Assembly: GCF_006345805.1 (NCBI RefSeq)
Contig: NC_043019.1
Span: 21,017,360 to 21,081,359, forward strand
DNA: 64,000 nt
Reading direction: 5' to 3'
Origin: Octopus sinensis
Lineage: Eukaryota
Shown: positions 37,935 through 52,430 of the stretch, one piece after another
Layout: the number at the start of each line of letters is the position of its first letter
Numbering within the stretch: position 1 is the first letter of the stretch
The notes under the pieces: model-generated
What the model was told of the DNA's origin: nothing
What the model saw: the letters and a program-made list of their open reading frames with translations, nothing else
Databases searched by the model: none
Position numbers and translations under genes: made by a program

Positions 37935-38222
37935 TTGTTGTTTGTTCCTTCTTGAGCTATGCCTGGCTCATAAGGACAGGTTTCCAGGTTTCATCAGCAT
38001 ATAGGTTCCCCATCTAGATGGGAAGCCGGTCTGTCGCAGGTAAGCTGCTAGACGCAGGAGAAAAGAGTGAGATAAAGTTGTGGCAGAAGTTTGCTATTTC
38101 TGTCTGCTGGAGCTGCAAGAGTGTAGGTGTTTCATTCATAAACACACATTGCCGGTCTGGGATACGAACCTGTGATCTCTCGACCGCAAGTCTGCTTCTC
38201 TAACCACTAGGCCATGTGCCTC
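37935..38222 (-). mobile_element. SINE family C, nested inside a family A copy
   Basis: Reverse-complement match to 10204-10510. Family A halves flank it at about 37700-37890 and 38685-38770. Confidence 0.75.
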
Positions 38223-38224
38223 CA

Positions 38225-38249
38225 CATATATATGTGTGTGTGTGTGTGT

Positions 38250-38299
<50 letters not shown>

Positions 38300-38447
38300 T
38301 ATGTGTGTGTGTGTATATATGTATATGTGTGTGTGTGTATATATGTATATGTGTGTGTGTGTATATATGTATATGTGTGTATGTATATATATGTGTATAT
38401 ATAGATGTATAAGTATATATATGTGTGTATATATATATATATATAAT
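38225..38447. repeat. (GT)n/(TA)n compound repeat with ~22-bp periodicity
   Basis: Repeating gtgtgtgtgtatatatgtatat. Confidence 0.9.
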
Positions 38448-39628
38448 ATAAAAAGGAACAACAAAAGAATGAGGCCTCAATATTAGATAAATAAAGGGTT
38501 ACATATGTTATGATTTAGAATAAACAGTAAAAGGATGTCATTATAGCACTCAGAGGTTTGAATGTTGGAGTGAAGAGCTACGATACATTTTTGGCGGCTT
38601 TTAATAGCAATAGACGTTATGAAAAACTGTTGAATAAAAAGTAAGTTAGTCTAATATATATATATATACACATACACACACACAACAGGCTTCTTTCAGT
38701 TTCCATGTACCAAATCCACTCACAAGATTTTGGTTGGCCTGAGGGTATAGTAGAAGCCACTTGCCCAATGTGCCCATCATTATCGTTTAACATCTATTTT
38801 CCATGCGTGCAGGAGTAGGAAAGTTGACAGGAGCTGGCCAGGTAGAAAAACTACCGTAGGTTACTGTGTCTGTTTTGGCAGGGATTTTACGGCTGGATGC
38901 CCTTCCTAACACCAGCCACTCCACAGAGTTGACTCAGTGCTTTTTACGTGGCACTAGCACAGGTGAAGTTAGTTTTGGCATGATTTTTACAGCTGGATGC
39001 CCTTCCAAATGCCAACCATGTTACAGTGTGGACTGGATGCTTTTAAGTTGGCACCAGCATTGGTAGGATAACCAAGTGACTTGCAAGACAGGGAATTATG
39101 AGAATTATATGATAAAGAGAAAACGGGTATGCTATTCAATGCTCTACCACCTCTACTTAGACATTCATTCCAACCCACTCCTTTCCTCTTATTACTCTTG
39201 TCTCTTCCCCACCCTGGGCTCTACACTTATCACTATGCTCTCCCACCCTAAGTTCTTCAACCCCAGATTATTGGTTTTCTGAGACTCCCTCCTTGATTCA
39301 CGTCTTGCCTGCAAGTATTGACTTGCAAAGGTTCGAGAGGAAAATTAATGGTACTGTGTTTCACTAGTCTTGGAAGCTCTGCGAATGTCATTGGCTGATA
39401 CCCTCTCTCCAGAGTTTTATATTTGTTTTAATAAACACTGGAACACTTTTGTGAATAACTCCTGCATTGACCAGACAGTATTGTGATGCATTTCATTAAT
39501 GAATGCCTATTTCATCATGTGTGTGTGTTATTTGCTCTGTTTTTTTTTTTATAATAGAGCTTCACGCGATAAAGCTATAAATATAAGCATGTAAATACTA
39601 GGTTAAAAAACCCCTTTCAATCAAAGCC

Positions 39629-39666
<38 letters not shown>

Positions 39667-40139
39667 ATGTATAATGGTATCAAAAAATCAATAAGTAAAT
39701 TTGTGGTAAATGTGCTCACTTGTGCATATGTAATAAGCATACATCCAGCTTCGTTACATATAGATAGCTGTTGTGTTTAGACCACAGGGTTCTCTCTCTG
39801 CAGAAGTGGTTTAACTGCAGGATCTATTTACACAGGATGTATGTGTGTTTATTAAGCATGTGCATGTGAATTTATTCACAATATTTATGTGTGATGATGA
39901 AAAATAAATATCAAAGTTAAATATATATATATATGTATAAAAAAAAAATGACTTCATAAAGATAACTAATGTGTGATAGCTAAATGTTTCTTTTAGTTAC
40001 TCATGCTTTTAGGAGCCAAATGTTTGTTTATGGTAAAAAGAAGAAAAATTGGTATTACATACATCTATGTGCAGTATATATTTGTGTGTGTGTGTGGAGA
40101 GAGAGAGAGAGACACATGGTGAGATTTGTACATATATGT

Positions 40140-40354
40140 ACAAAAATGTGTTTATAATCTGTGTGTGTATACATACATACATACATACATACATACATAC
40201 ATACATACATACATACATACATACATACATACATACATACATACATACATACATACATACATACATACATACATACACACATACATACATACACATACAT
40301 ACATATACATACATACACATACATACATATATATACATACATACATATATATAC

Positions 40355-40401
<47 letters not shown>

Positions 40402-40784
40402 CACACACATATATATATACACACATATATATACATACATATATATACACACATATATATACATACATATATATATACACACATATATATACATACATAT
40501 ATATATACACACATATATATACTTACATATATATACACACATATATATATACATACATACATACATATATATATATACACATACATACATATATATATAT
40601 ACACACACATACATATATATATATACACACACATATATATATATATACATACATATATATATACATACATATATATATATACACACACACATATATATAT
40701 ATACATACATATATATATATACACAAACATATATATATATACACACACATATATATGTACACGCGCACACACACACACACACAC

Positions 40785-40854
<70 letters not shown>

Positions 40855-40927
40855 TTATGTGCTCTGTTCATTTGTGTGTCTGTGTGTGTATGTATCTCTC
40901 TCTCACTATGTGTGTGTGTGTATATAT

Positions 40928-40968
<41 letters not shown>
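40140..40968. repeat. ~830-bp compound (TACA)n/(TA)n/(CA)n microsatellite
   Basis: Directly visible; it generates the spurious H/T/Y/I and V/C/M/Y ORFs. Confidence 0.98.
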
Positions 40969-40970
<2 letters not shown>

Positions 40971-41340
40971 TTTTTCCGACAATAGGAATTAAACCTGAAC
41001 CTGTTGAACTCAACTGACCACATTTACAGAACCGGAAACAAAGCAGACCCATGGTGTTTAGACCAACATTGTTAATCATATATATAAAAAAATACACACA
41101 TATATATACCCATATATATATATTTATATGCACACATAAACCAATGGGCTATAGCAGACTATCCTTTATTGAATTTTAAATCAATTTGTGTATTGGGAAA
41201 GAGAGGGTGGCAGAGGAGGAAGGGAGAAAAAGGAAGAGGAGAGAAGGAAAGTTCTGGAACTCATGATTTTTATTTGTATAAACTTACCCAGGGAAGTTAT
41301 AGCATTTGATGAGTCAAACAAGGCAGCAGTGGAGTATTAA

Positions 41341-41560
41341 CCCTTTAGCATTTATACAAGCCATATCAAGTCCAAATATTCTGCCAGTTTTATGTTTAAA
41401 CTAACCAGATCCAGCCTCTCGCACCTATCCTATAATGTCATTCTAAAAATAAACAATCACATCATCGAAATCTCAAAACTACAAGATAATGCATAATTAA
41501 TTCAAAACAATGTGAATAAATATGCATTGCTTTTGATGGAATAATCTGAATGCTAAAGGG
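41341..41560. mobile_element. piggyBac-like MITE family 1
   Basis: TTAA-ccctttagcatt ... aatgctaaaggg-TTAA. Confidence 0.8.
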
Positions 41561-42119
41561 TTAAAAGTAGTGTGAGAATTGGCTGCACTTTCTAGCACTT
41601 AAGCTGACCACATATAGAGGATTCCTCATCAGCATCATCAACCAATTGTTTCTACAGCTTTGACTTTTTTTGTCTTCCTGTGATTTTGATGTGAATTGAA
41701 CCCATTTGTTTGTCAACCAGGCAAATAGCAACAAGCAAAGTGTTGTTTGCCAGGGACTCTGTACTAAGAACACCATATGATTTGAACTCCTAACCATGTA
41801 GTCTTCAGGCAGATTTTTGATTGCCACCTCATGGAGCACAATGTCTATAACAATACACCCCCACCCATTCCATCATAGGATGGATGAAGGCTTATTGTTG
41901 AAGCATTGTTTTACAGCTGGATCAGGATGCTCTTCCTGTTGCTAATCCTTAATGCTTTTGAAATGGGATTTTTTTTAACATTCTTGTCTTCAAAAATGCT
42001 GAGGTAATGGATGATTTATTGACAGTGGATTGTCCAGCTAACATCAGTGTATTTGCTTGAGCAATTTCATGCAAATATGACACAGAATGTAAACACACAC
42101 ACACACATATATATATGTA

Positions 42120-42350
42120 TAAAGCACCATCTGATCGTGGCCGTTTGCCAGACTTGTCTGGCACCTGTGCCGGTGGCACGTAAAAAGCACCCACTACACT
42201 CAGTGGTTGGCGTTAGGAAGGGCATCCAGTCGTAGAAACATTGCTAGATCAGACTGGGCCTGGTGCAGCCTTCTGGCTTCCCAGACCCCAGTTGAACCGT
42301 CCAACCCATGCTAGCATGGAAAACGGATGCTAAACGATGATGATGATGAT
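42120..42350 (+). mobile_element. RTE 3' UTR/tail repeat copy
   Basis: One array unit plus tail and (GAT)n. Confidence 0.8.
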
Positions 42351-42354
42351 ATAT

Positions 42355-42606
42355 GAAGGCACATATCCTAGTGGTTATTCTGTTGCACTCGCAATCACTA
42401 GATCCTGGGTTCAGTTCCCAGACTGGGTGCTACATTGTGTTCTTGAGCAAACCACTTTATTTCACATCGCTCCAGTCTCCCTTTTGATCAGTGGGGAATG
42501 TTGGCCTGCTCACCTAGCCAGCAGGGTGGCATCATTCAAAGAATGAAATGATGCAAAACGTATTGTGATCAGTGACATGTAACAACATCTAGTTGGTCAT
42601 GTGATT
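42355..42606 (+). mobile_element. SINE-like family D
   Basis: Shares cagttcccagactgggtg...ttcttgagcaaaac...ggggaatgttggcc..ctcacctagccag...catgtgat with 50840-51066. Confidence 0.65.
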
Positions 42607-44509
42607 TATATATAAATATATATGGGAACCTAAAACCACATGTCTACAAAGCAGAATTCTTAACCACATAACCATACCTACACCTATAGCACATAGATTA
42701 AATATTCTTCTTGCTATTGAGTTAATGAGAGCTACCTTTACATGGTCTCTCATCTTACTAAAACTAGCAACTAAATCTCTCTCAGACCACATATTCTACT
42801 ATCAAAAAATAGCGAGGACACATTCGCTAATATAGTCCAAAGTACTCTTATAAAGATGAAGTGGTCATGGTTAGAACGAGTGTCTTTCATCAGGGTTGAC
42901 ATAAGGCTACACAACAACAGCTGCAATTAGCACAATTCTTTACAGTATTTCTTTCAGCTCCTTGAGTTCAAATTCCCACCAAGGTCAAGTTTTCCTTTCA
43001 CCCTTCTGGGTGTCGATAAAATACAGTCCCAGTCTATGGTATTGGACTGGTGATATATATGTAGAATGCTACATGACACACCCTGTAGTATTGGTTCTTT
43101 GTGTTCTGAGTTCAAATCCCACCGTGGTAGCCAATTTGGTTAGTAGAATTCAGTCCATTATCCAATTTAACACTAGTATCTGCCTGGTTTGCATTTTAAC
43201 CAAAGAATCCAATTTGTTTGCAAGCATTTGAGCCAGGTCTCTGATTGAGGAAATCTTCCTCTCTCTCTCTTTCCTTCCCACTTCTCTTGGAGACCTTGTA
43301 ATGGGTCATGGACTCTGCCCCCCCCTCTCCACACCAAAACAAAACTCAACTGCAAATCCCCCCAACTGTCCTAACTTTGGTCATTCCATCTGTGATAATT
43401 AGATAGTGAAGCAGTAGTCTGATGCATCATTGTTGCCATATTACTGCCATTGCTTGATAATATCTCATGTTTTGGAATAAAATATTAATAGAAAGTTTTA
43501 TACTCATTGCTTCAAGATTATTATGAAACACACTCAAGTACCATCACACATGCACACGTGTGTGCGTCTGTGTGTATATTGTCTGTAAAAGATTGTCATT
43601 CATAAGTGTTGCTGGCTCCCATCTTCTGTGTGTAGCTTTTAATCTGTCATATAGAATATATTGTCTCTTGTGCATGTTTTGAAACATGAATGAGTCACTG
43701 CTGGCTGTAGACTGAAAGAGGGTGGAGTCTTCCAACATAACTCTAGTCCTTGGTGATGGTAGTAATGTTGATGGTGGTGGGGTGACTGGGGATGGGGAGG
43801 GATAGATATTAGAGGTAAATGGTACAGGGTGGGTGGGAAAGGAAGGAAGGAGGAAATATAGTTAGTTCTGCATTAAAGGTGAAAAAAAAGGGGGTAAAAA
43901 TAACAGCCCCCCCCCATAATAAAACAGCTGTTTAGCTGTAAATTTTCTTTTTTGTTGTATTTTAAACTTCTGTAATGTGCTTATAACCAGCTCTCTCACT
44001 TTCTTTCTTCCTCTCTCCTTCTTTGGCTTTTTCATTCTCGCTGTAATTGGATTAAAGAATATTTGTCTGGAGACAGCACAGAGTTTATGGAAATGGAAAT
44101 AATGACTGTTTCTCAAATTGTTAAAATTCTATAGTTTCGTTGTTCTCCCAGGTCAACAGCCCCTCACAGAACAAAGCCATGATTATTAACCCTTTTGATG
44201 CTAATCTGTCTCAGACGGGCCCCTGAGACCTATGGTATAACCATCTTGTTTTGAAGTTATCTAAATTTAAATCTTCCATCAAAATTTCATATTAGCCCTT
44301 TTGTTACCATATTTCTGTTGAAATACAATGCCTTTGTGTCAGGTTTGAAAACAAAGAAGAATTTGATAAAATATCTTTGTCATTATTAAGTTTGTGTTTG
44401 GAACATAAATTAACGGGAAATTTTAATAGAGGGTTTTGAGATCACCTTGAATCAGGAAATTTGTATCATAGAACTTGGAGCAAAACTGATTGGGTTGATA
44501 TCAAAAATT

Positions 44510-44681
44510 TTTTGTTCCAGTGACTGTGTGGTATGTAGCTTGCTTCCCAACCACATGGTTCTGTATTCAATCCCACTGCATGACACGTTGGACAAGTGTC
44601 TTCTACTCTAACCTTCAGCTGACCAAAGCTTTGTGAGTGGATTAAGTAAATGGAAACTGAAAGAAACCTGTTGTGTGTGTA

Positions 44682-44712
<31 letters not shown>

Positions 44713-44900
44713 CTTTGTGCCTGTTTGTCTTCATTCACCACTTGACAACCAGTGTTAGTTTCTTTATGTCCCCGTAGCTTAGCAGTTTGGCAAAAGCAAC
44801 TGATAAAAATGTCCTGAGGTTGATTCATTCAACTAAAAGTTGTTCAAGGCAGTGCCCCAGCGTGGTCGCAATCTAATGACTGAAATAGACGAAAGATAAA
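44510..44900 (+). mobile_element. SINE family A, diverged
   Basis: Head, body and tail recognisable. Confidence 0.7.
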
Positions 44901-46521
44901 AATTGAATAATGTTGACAAAGTAATTTTAGTAATTTCTTTCCTATCTTACAAAATTAATTGAAACTGTGGCAGTGTATTCCAGCATAAAATATGGTAACA
45001 AAAGGGTGAAAGCATTTCAGCTGTTATCTCCCTGTCCCCTTATCTCAAGCATCGTGTATCCAGGACCACCTATACAACTACATTATTTAAACAGTTTCTT
45101 CTCTTCTGAATACAGTAGGGTGTCATTTACAGATAATTTGGTTACTCTTTCTAGCAGATCAAGTGACCACACAGAAATTGCAGTAGTCTTTCAGATTTCA
45201 GCAGCCAGGCAGACTTTAGACTGGTTCCAATAATAATTCATAATCGTTTCCCATTAAGCTAAATTGTGCATTAACATTTTGAAAATCATCTGGTTTGTGT
45301 TTATTTTATGCAAATTACTGAATCAATTCACATGTTGAATTTAGAATAAATTACTGAAGAACCAAACAACCAGGCTCGTTGCTTTCTCTAATTAACTTGT
45401 TGATGCAATTGCTTTAATTAGTTCAGCTATCATGTCATGTAAGGAGAATGTATACATTTTAAGTTGAGTGTTGTTTTTGGTGACTTATTTTTTAACATTT
45501 GTCTTGTGGATTAAGGATTAACTCAGGTTTGAGAATCCTATCAAATATTTAATTTTTAAGGATCAAGCCATGACTCTGTTCCTTTATTCGACTGTGATCA
45601 TGCTGGAGCACATTCATATTTTAGTGCTTACACATGCACAGGTATGGCCTTATAGGCACAGACGTGGTTATATAGACACAGGCATGGCTGTGTGGTAAGA
45701 AACTTGCTTCCCAACCACATGGTTCCAGGTTCAGTCCCACTGCGTGACACCTTGGGCAAGTGTCTTCTGCTATAGCCTCAGGCTGACCAAAGCCTTATGA
45801 GTAGATTTGATAGACAGAAACTGAAAGAAGCCTGTCGTTTGGCATAACTTGCACCTGTGCTGGTATCGCGCAATAGATGTAAATGAGTGTCACTATCATG
45901 CATGTGGTATCCTTCATTCCCAATCTTCTATGAAAACATGTCCAATCATGGAGAAATATTACTTCGGTTGGAAAGACATAAAGGATAGTGATGACAAGAA
46001 GGGTATCTTGCCATAGAAAATTTGCGCCAACAAATTCCTTCCGACACATGCAAACATGGAAAAAGTGGATGCTAAAACAACGATGATTTGCTTCTTCATT
46101 CATTCATGCTTTCTCTAGTACTTATTGGAGGGGTATGAAAAGCAAAGTCGATCTGAACATAAAGGGACACAACTAGGACAGGATTGAAATACCACAAGGT
46201 ATTTTCATTCAAAGCAGTGAATTTTCTACCATTACACATCATCTTTCAACTCTACCCAACTTATTACAGTTGCAGGCTGCCTCATCTTTCCCAATCTTCT
46301 GCTCTCCATATAATTTTGCACCCCCTTCCTATTCACTCACTTCTATTCTAGCCCTAAGGGACCACCAAGATACCTTACCTTTAATATCTGTCTCTTTGAA
46401 GCTCCTTCTGATCACTCTCTCCCTCCCCTACTAAGTGTGAGTAATCATACAATTCTACAGGAATATGCTCTGTCCACCCCCACACCCACACATACTTTAA
46501 CTCATTCCCCAGCATAAACCT

Positions 46522-46750
46522 ATTTCTTTACTACCCACAAAGGGCTAAACACAGAGGGGACAAACAAGGACAGACAAACGGATTAAGTCGATTATATCGA
46601 CCCCGGTGTGTAACTGGTACTTAATTTATCGACCCCGAAAGGATGAAAGGCAAAGTCGACCTCGGCGGAATTTGAACTCAGAACGTAGCGACAGACAAAA
46701 TACCGATAGGCATTTCGCCTGGAGTGCTAACATTTCTGCCAGCTCGCCTC
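46522..46750 (-). mobile_element. SINE family B
   Basis: Reverse-complement match. Further copies at 47975-48205 (-), 52810-53041 (+) and 22785-22930 (+, partial). Confidence 0.8.
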
Positions 46751-49679
46751 CCCAGCATATAGCTGGCCCACTCCCTACTCCCTCAAGGTTTGTAGTCTTG
46801 CAAGCTGCATGGTGTCCCCTTTAGAGCTGGTGACACAAAATAAACACCCAATACACAGTGTAAAGCTATTTGGAAGGGCATCCACCCAGAGAAACCATGC
46901 CATAGCAGACATTGGAGCATGATGCAGTTCTTGGATCCATTGGACCCTACGAATCCATCCAACTCATGCCAGCATGAAACATGGACGTTAAATGCTGATG
47001 ATGACACTGATGCGCACGTGCTTGCACATACACAAATGTCTGTATTCAAAGTTGAAGCTTTCTTTTGTTATTACTCAGTTTCGCATTCCCGGTTTTCACT
47101 GCTTGTGGTGTTTTAAAGCACGGACAACCATCTCACCTTCACTTTTAAATAGATCTTCAAACTCAACTCTATGTATTGAGTACATATTTCCATCCATTTG
47201 TTAACTCAAATATCTATTACGTTTTTTTCTTCCAATGTTCACTTTCCCATGCTTGCCTGAGTCAGAATTCATTGTGGTTGGTTTTCTCTAGTTAGATGCC
47301 CTTCCTGTCACTAACCCCTACCTGCTTTCGACTTAGGTAATATTTTTTTCAAGCCAAACATGTTTCCATGTTGTCCACACAAGACTAAAACCACATGGTA
47401 GGGAAGCAAGCTTTGTAATCACACAGCCATAGCTGCACCTCCACACAACCATGCCTGTGTGTGCATGTGTGTGTGCGAACATGCATGCACATCTGCGTGA
47501 ATGTGCTTGTTTATATGGTTTATTTTGAAAGAATTTAATATGAAACTGAATACTTTTTAGTAGTGAAAATGTTTATTTAACTTTTTACAGGATGAAAAGT
47601 GACTATAACTTCAAAGTTGCAGTCTACTAATTTTTGTCAAACTGTACTACACAACAAAGGCAAACTGAACTGGCCACATCTTGTAAAAGTTTAATATATA
47701 TTTCAATGGGTTTTTTTTAATGTTCAGTTATAATAAAAACAATTTTACATTAAATTTGATGGGTTACTTCAGGCTTTTATAGAGTACAGATTTATTATTC
47801 TTATGCAAGCATGTTATTGACAGTGACTTTGAAGTTTTGGCTACCTAACTAAGCCATTAAGTCATTGTCCAATGATGTTACTGTCAGCAACATTTTTGTT
47901 TAAGAATAATTATATATATATATATATATATATAGATAAGAAAGTTGGTTTGTGAAACCTTATATATATATATAATTTCTTTATTGCCCCCAAGGGGCTA
48001 AACATAGAGGGGACAAACAAGGACAGACAAAGGGATTAAGTCGATTACATCGACCCCAGTGCAAAACTGGTACTTTATTTATAGATCCCGAAAGGATGAA
48101 AGGCAAAGTCGACCCCGGCGGAATTTGAACTCAGAACGTAACGACAGACAAAATACTGCTAAGCATTTCACCCGGCACACTAACATGTCTGCCAGCTTGC
48201 TGGCTTTATTTATTTATTTATTTATTTATTGATATATATAAATAAATAAATAAATAAATAAATAACCGGCTGCTGTACTGTTTTTTATCTACCAAATTTT
48301 GCTCACGGGGTACTTTGATCATCTGGAGACTGTGGTAAAAGAGATGCTTGTCTAAAGTTTCACACACTGTAGAATGAAATCAGACCCAGAACCAATTATT
48401 GTGATTCTTGTTTGTTAACCACAGAGCCATACTTACATCCTGTCTCGTATATATGTTTCTCTACTCTCTAATGACAATCACTTTTCATTGATTGGTGGCA
48501 GAAATTTGTGTTTCCTTTGTAATACTCTTCTTATTCTTATATTATTCTGCTGGAAAATTCTGCAAAGAACTCTGGCAGCAAGAATTCAGTCTATGTTGAT
48601 TAGATATATAATTTGCAAGGATAGTATAAAGTCATTGGTTGGTTTGTAAAGAAAAATGTCAGGAGAATATCATCTCCATGTTAATTTGTATCTGTCTATA
48701 TATAAACACTTGTACATGTTCCTGTGAGCATATGCCATGACTTTGCAAGCAGCGCTGTGTCGAAATACATTGCGGCGCTAATAAAGTCTGTCTACATGTG
48801 TGTGTCTGTATCTGTGTGTGTATGTGTGTGTTCTGCGTATTTTATGAGGATTCTATCTTGAAGTAAATAAGAAAACTGTTTTTTTTTTTTTTTTTTGTTT
48901 TTTTTTTTTTTTATAATTTTTCATTTCTTGTAATCATGCACAAGAAAAAGAAGAAAAAATATATTTTGTGAAGTCTTTGTTGAGTTGTCTGTGAGGTTTG
49001 ATAAGTCTTCTGTAAAATTGCTATTGTTGTGGTTTGTGACACTGTTAATGTACCGATATACAATAGTAATAGATACTAGTGCAGTAATTTGGATGAAACC
49101 TTGCCAGGTGACTTTGGATTGAGAAAAGAAAATCATTGAATACTGAAGGTGAATGGTTTCAGATATGCTGTACACACACATATACATACATATAGACATA
49201 CATACATAGCAACATACATATATACATACACACACACACAGAGCATCTATATATACATTTATATGTGTGTGCACAGGCACACATACACACACATAACACA
49301 AGAGTTATGCCAAGTGGATGTTGCTGCATGCTGTAACTAGTAGTTACAGTTCTTGGTGGTGGGATGGCGTGGGATGGAGAAAAACCAGCTATTTTTGACA
49401 GTTTTCAACCCTTACTGACCAGCTGAAAATGTTACATGGAGCAGCAATGAAAAGGTTATCTGTTTAGGAATATGTCATTCTATATGTCACCGACTTTGTA
49501 TGGCTAAATGGAGGTGAGTTGCTAGGCTTATTAACAATGCAACAGAAAGTAAGTTAGTTAGTTGCATTACAATAACTTCCAATGTTCTCTGTATGTCTAC
49601 AAAATATTAAATTGAATCTCTCTCTCTCTCTCTCGTTGCCAACGGATCTTTGGTTTGCGTTTTTGAGAATTAAACTTAA

Positions 49680-49899
49680 CCCTTTAGCATTCAGATTATT
49701 TTGTCAAGCATAATGCTTATTTATTCAAATTGATTTGAATTAATCATGCTTTATCTCACTGCTTCTAGATTTCAATGATGAGATAGTATATTTTTAGAAT
49801 GACCTTGTATGGTAGGTGCAAGAGGCTAAATTTGGTCAGTTTAAACATAAAACTTGTAGAATATTTGGGCCTGATATGGCCAGTTTAAATGCTAAAGGG
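49680..49899. mobile_element. piggyBac-like MITE family 1 (opposite orientation)
   Basis: TTAA-ccctttagcattcag ... aatgctaaaggg-TTAA. Confidence 0.8.
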
Positions 49900-49927
49900 T
49901 TAAGCCACACTTACGATTTTGGTGTGA

Positions 49928-50115
49928 TTCATCATCATCATCGTTTAATGTCTGTTTTCCATGCTAGCATGGGTTGGACAGTTTGACCGGGGTCTGGGAA
50001 GCCAGGAGGCGGCACCAGGCTCCAGTCTGATCTGGCAGTGTTTCTACAGCTGGATGCCCTTCCTAATGCCAACCACTCCGAGACTGTAGTGGGTGCTTTT
50101 TACGTGCCACCGGAG
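49928..50115 (-). mobile_element. RTE tail copy
   Basis: catcatcatcatcgtttaatg...cagctggatgcccttcctaatgccaacc...ttttacgtgccaccgg. Confidence 0.8.
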
Positions 50116-51659
50116 GCTGACAATGTCCACAACCTGTTGGGGCTTTTTACGTGAAAATTATTATTAAATTCAAAGCTGTGTGGTTTAGAAATATGCTGTT
50201 CAACCATTGGTTGAGTCTCGGGTTCAGTTCCACTGCATGTCAGTACCTTAGGCTACTCTCTTGTACTATAACCCCAAACCAAAGCCATGTGAGTGCATTT
50301 GGTGGAAAGAAGCTCCTTATGATGATGATATATCATCATCATCATTATTATCATTTAATGTCCATTGTCCATGCTGGCATGGGTTAGATGGTTTGACCAG
50401 GGGTTGTAAGCTGAAAGGCTGCACCAGACTCCGGTCTGTTTTTGGCATGGTTTTCTACAGCTAGATGCCCTTTCCTTACGGCAACCACTAATTCCTTTTC
50501 TACTTTAAATTTTTGAGAAGAATTTGCGACCTTTTGTTGTTGTTTTCAAACAACTACACCATTTTCAAAGGATCCTACTTTGAGTTTTCCATATGATTTT
50601 ATCCCCCGGATTTTAGAATCGGTTTATTGCTTATTTTAGCACAAATAATGTTAGGAGTTGAAATGATTTTTTTATCTAAAAATCCATGTTCTGCTTATAT
50701 TGTTTCAAAAAAAAAATTTCTTTTTAAATAAAAGATCTCACATTGGATTGCTGTGGGTCAGACGTGGATTTGAGCCATAGACCACAATTCAATGATTAGA
50801 ATTTTCCGTGTGTGAATTTTGGTAGTGTAACAAACATTTGAAGGCGCATGGCCAAGTGGGTCCAGTTCCCAGACTGGGTGGCACATTGTGTTCTTGAGCA
50901 AAACGCTTCATTTCACATTCCTCCAGTCTCCTTTTTCATCAGCGGGGAATGTTGGCCAGCTCACCTAGCCAGTGGAGTTGCATCATTTGAAAGCTAAAAT
51001 GATGCAAAAGTGCATTGTGACCAGTGATGTGTAACAACAACTGATAGTCTAATCAATCATGTGATCGCATAAATAGACATTTGTGCCTATTTTCAGAATG
51101 TAATTGGCCTAATTACCTATAACTGTTGTAATGATACAGGGTGCCAAAATCTCTAAAAATCTTGCAGTTCGGAATTTTTTTTTTCAACATCTATAAGTAT
51201 TTCGTTATTATTTATTTGAAATTTTGTACATGCAACCTACTAAATTACAAAGGTTGAAAATTTTCCAATCTTGAAATAGCTCTAAATTTAGCCAAATCCT
51301 CAAATTCAGCTCAGGGCCCTTTTTTTGAATGTCCATAAAATCGGAACCATACATAGGAGTTGAAATTTTCAGGATCGACTTGGTACAAAGACTACTTGAC
51401 TCAGAAAAAATTTCAAGCAAATTTGAAAGAGACTATCTTTTAAGTTTGCTTCCAAATGAATAGGACTACCCTCAGGGCCCTTTGGATATTTTTTCTGTGG
51501 AGTCCACTCTGTTGCAAGTATTTGGAACTTGATCTCAGGTTTGGAAATAACTTCCTTTCCTTTTTGTCTGCCTACAAGTCACTGAAGCCTTGGAAAGTCT
51601 CAGTGATCTTATATTCCTCCCTTTTACTAAGATATAAAACAACAGATAGCCACGCACAC

Positions 51660-51890
51660 ACTCTCGCTTTCTCTCTCTCTCCTTCTCTCTGTCTCTCTTG
51701 CTTTCTCTCTCTCTCTGCCTCTCTTGCTTTCTCTCTCTCTCTCTCCTTCTATCTGCCTCTCTTGCTTTCTCTCTCTCTCCTTCTCTCTGCCTCTCTTGCT
51801 TTCTCTCTCTCTCCTTCTCTCTGCCTCTCTTGCTTTCTCTCTCTCTCTCCTTCTCTCTGCCTCTCTTGCTCTCTCTCTCTCTCTCTCTCA
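51660..51890. repeat. Polypyrimidine ~34-bp minisatellite built on (CT)n
   Basis: About six repeats of ctctctgcctctcttgctttctctctctctcctt. Confidence 0.9.
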
Positions 51891-52386
51891 TTTGAGCTGT
51901 ACCACTAAATGTTAGCAATATCTGGCTTCAGTGAAGCTGCTATGATATTTAATGATAATAACAGCTATGCAAATAATAACATTGCTTCTTATTAAACCAA
52001 TGACAATGATAATGTGGTAGTAGTAGTGGTGGTGGTGGTGGTTATAATAAAATTTATTTATATTTTTAATTTTCTACAATATACCTACTACATTATTGTC
52101 TGTGTCAATTTCCCTGTTGTTAACCTCTTTCTCCACCAAATAATCTGAATGAGTAGAAGAAGCTGGTAATGTGTTATAAACATTGTTATGACATCTGTGT
52201 TAGATTAGTTTTGAAACAAAAGGGTTCTCTGTTGGGTTTCCCTTCTCACAATACGCTCTCTCTCTTCACACAACTGTGTTTAGAAACATTCTTTTGAAAA
52301 ACAAGCAAAAATATTTAAAAAAAATAATCTTAAATGTCTTTGTTAAACAGGTTAATGACACTAAATCTGTGCAGATTCCCCACACA

Positions 52387-52430
<44 letters not shown>

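Noticed and set aside
40009-40985. Longest ORFs in the track (259-296 aa)
   Set aside because: Translations of a TA/CA microsatellite that lacks stop codons. The same applies to the ORFs at 11044-11671, 38136-38486, 51456-51918 and 61854-62975.
48921-49301. Minus ORF with several N-x-S/T motifs
   Set aside because: Begins in microsatellite and ends in a poly-A-rich run; no donor site or domain.
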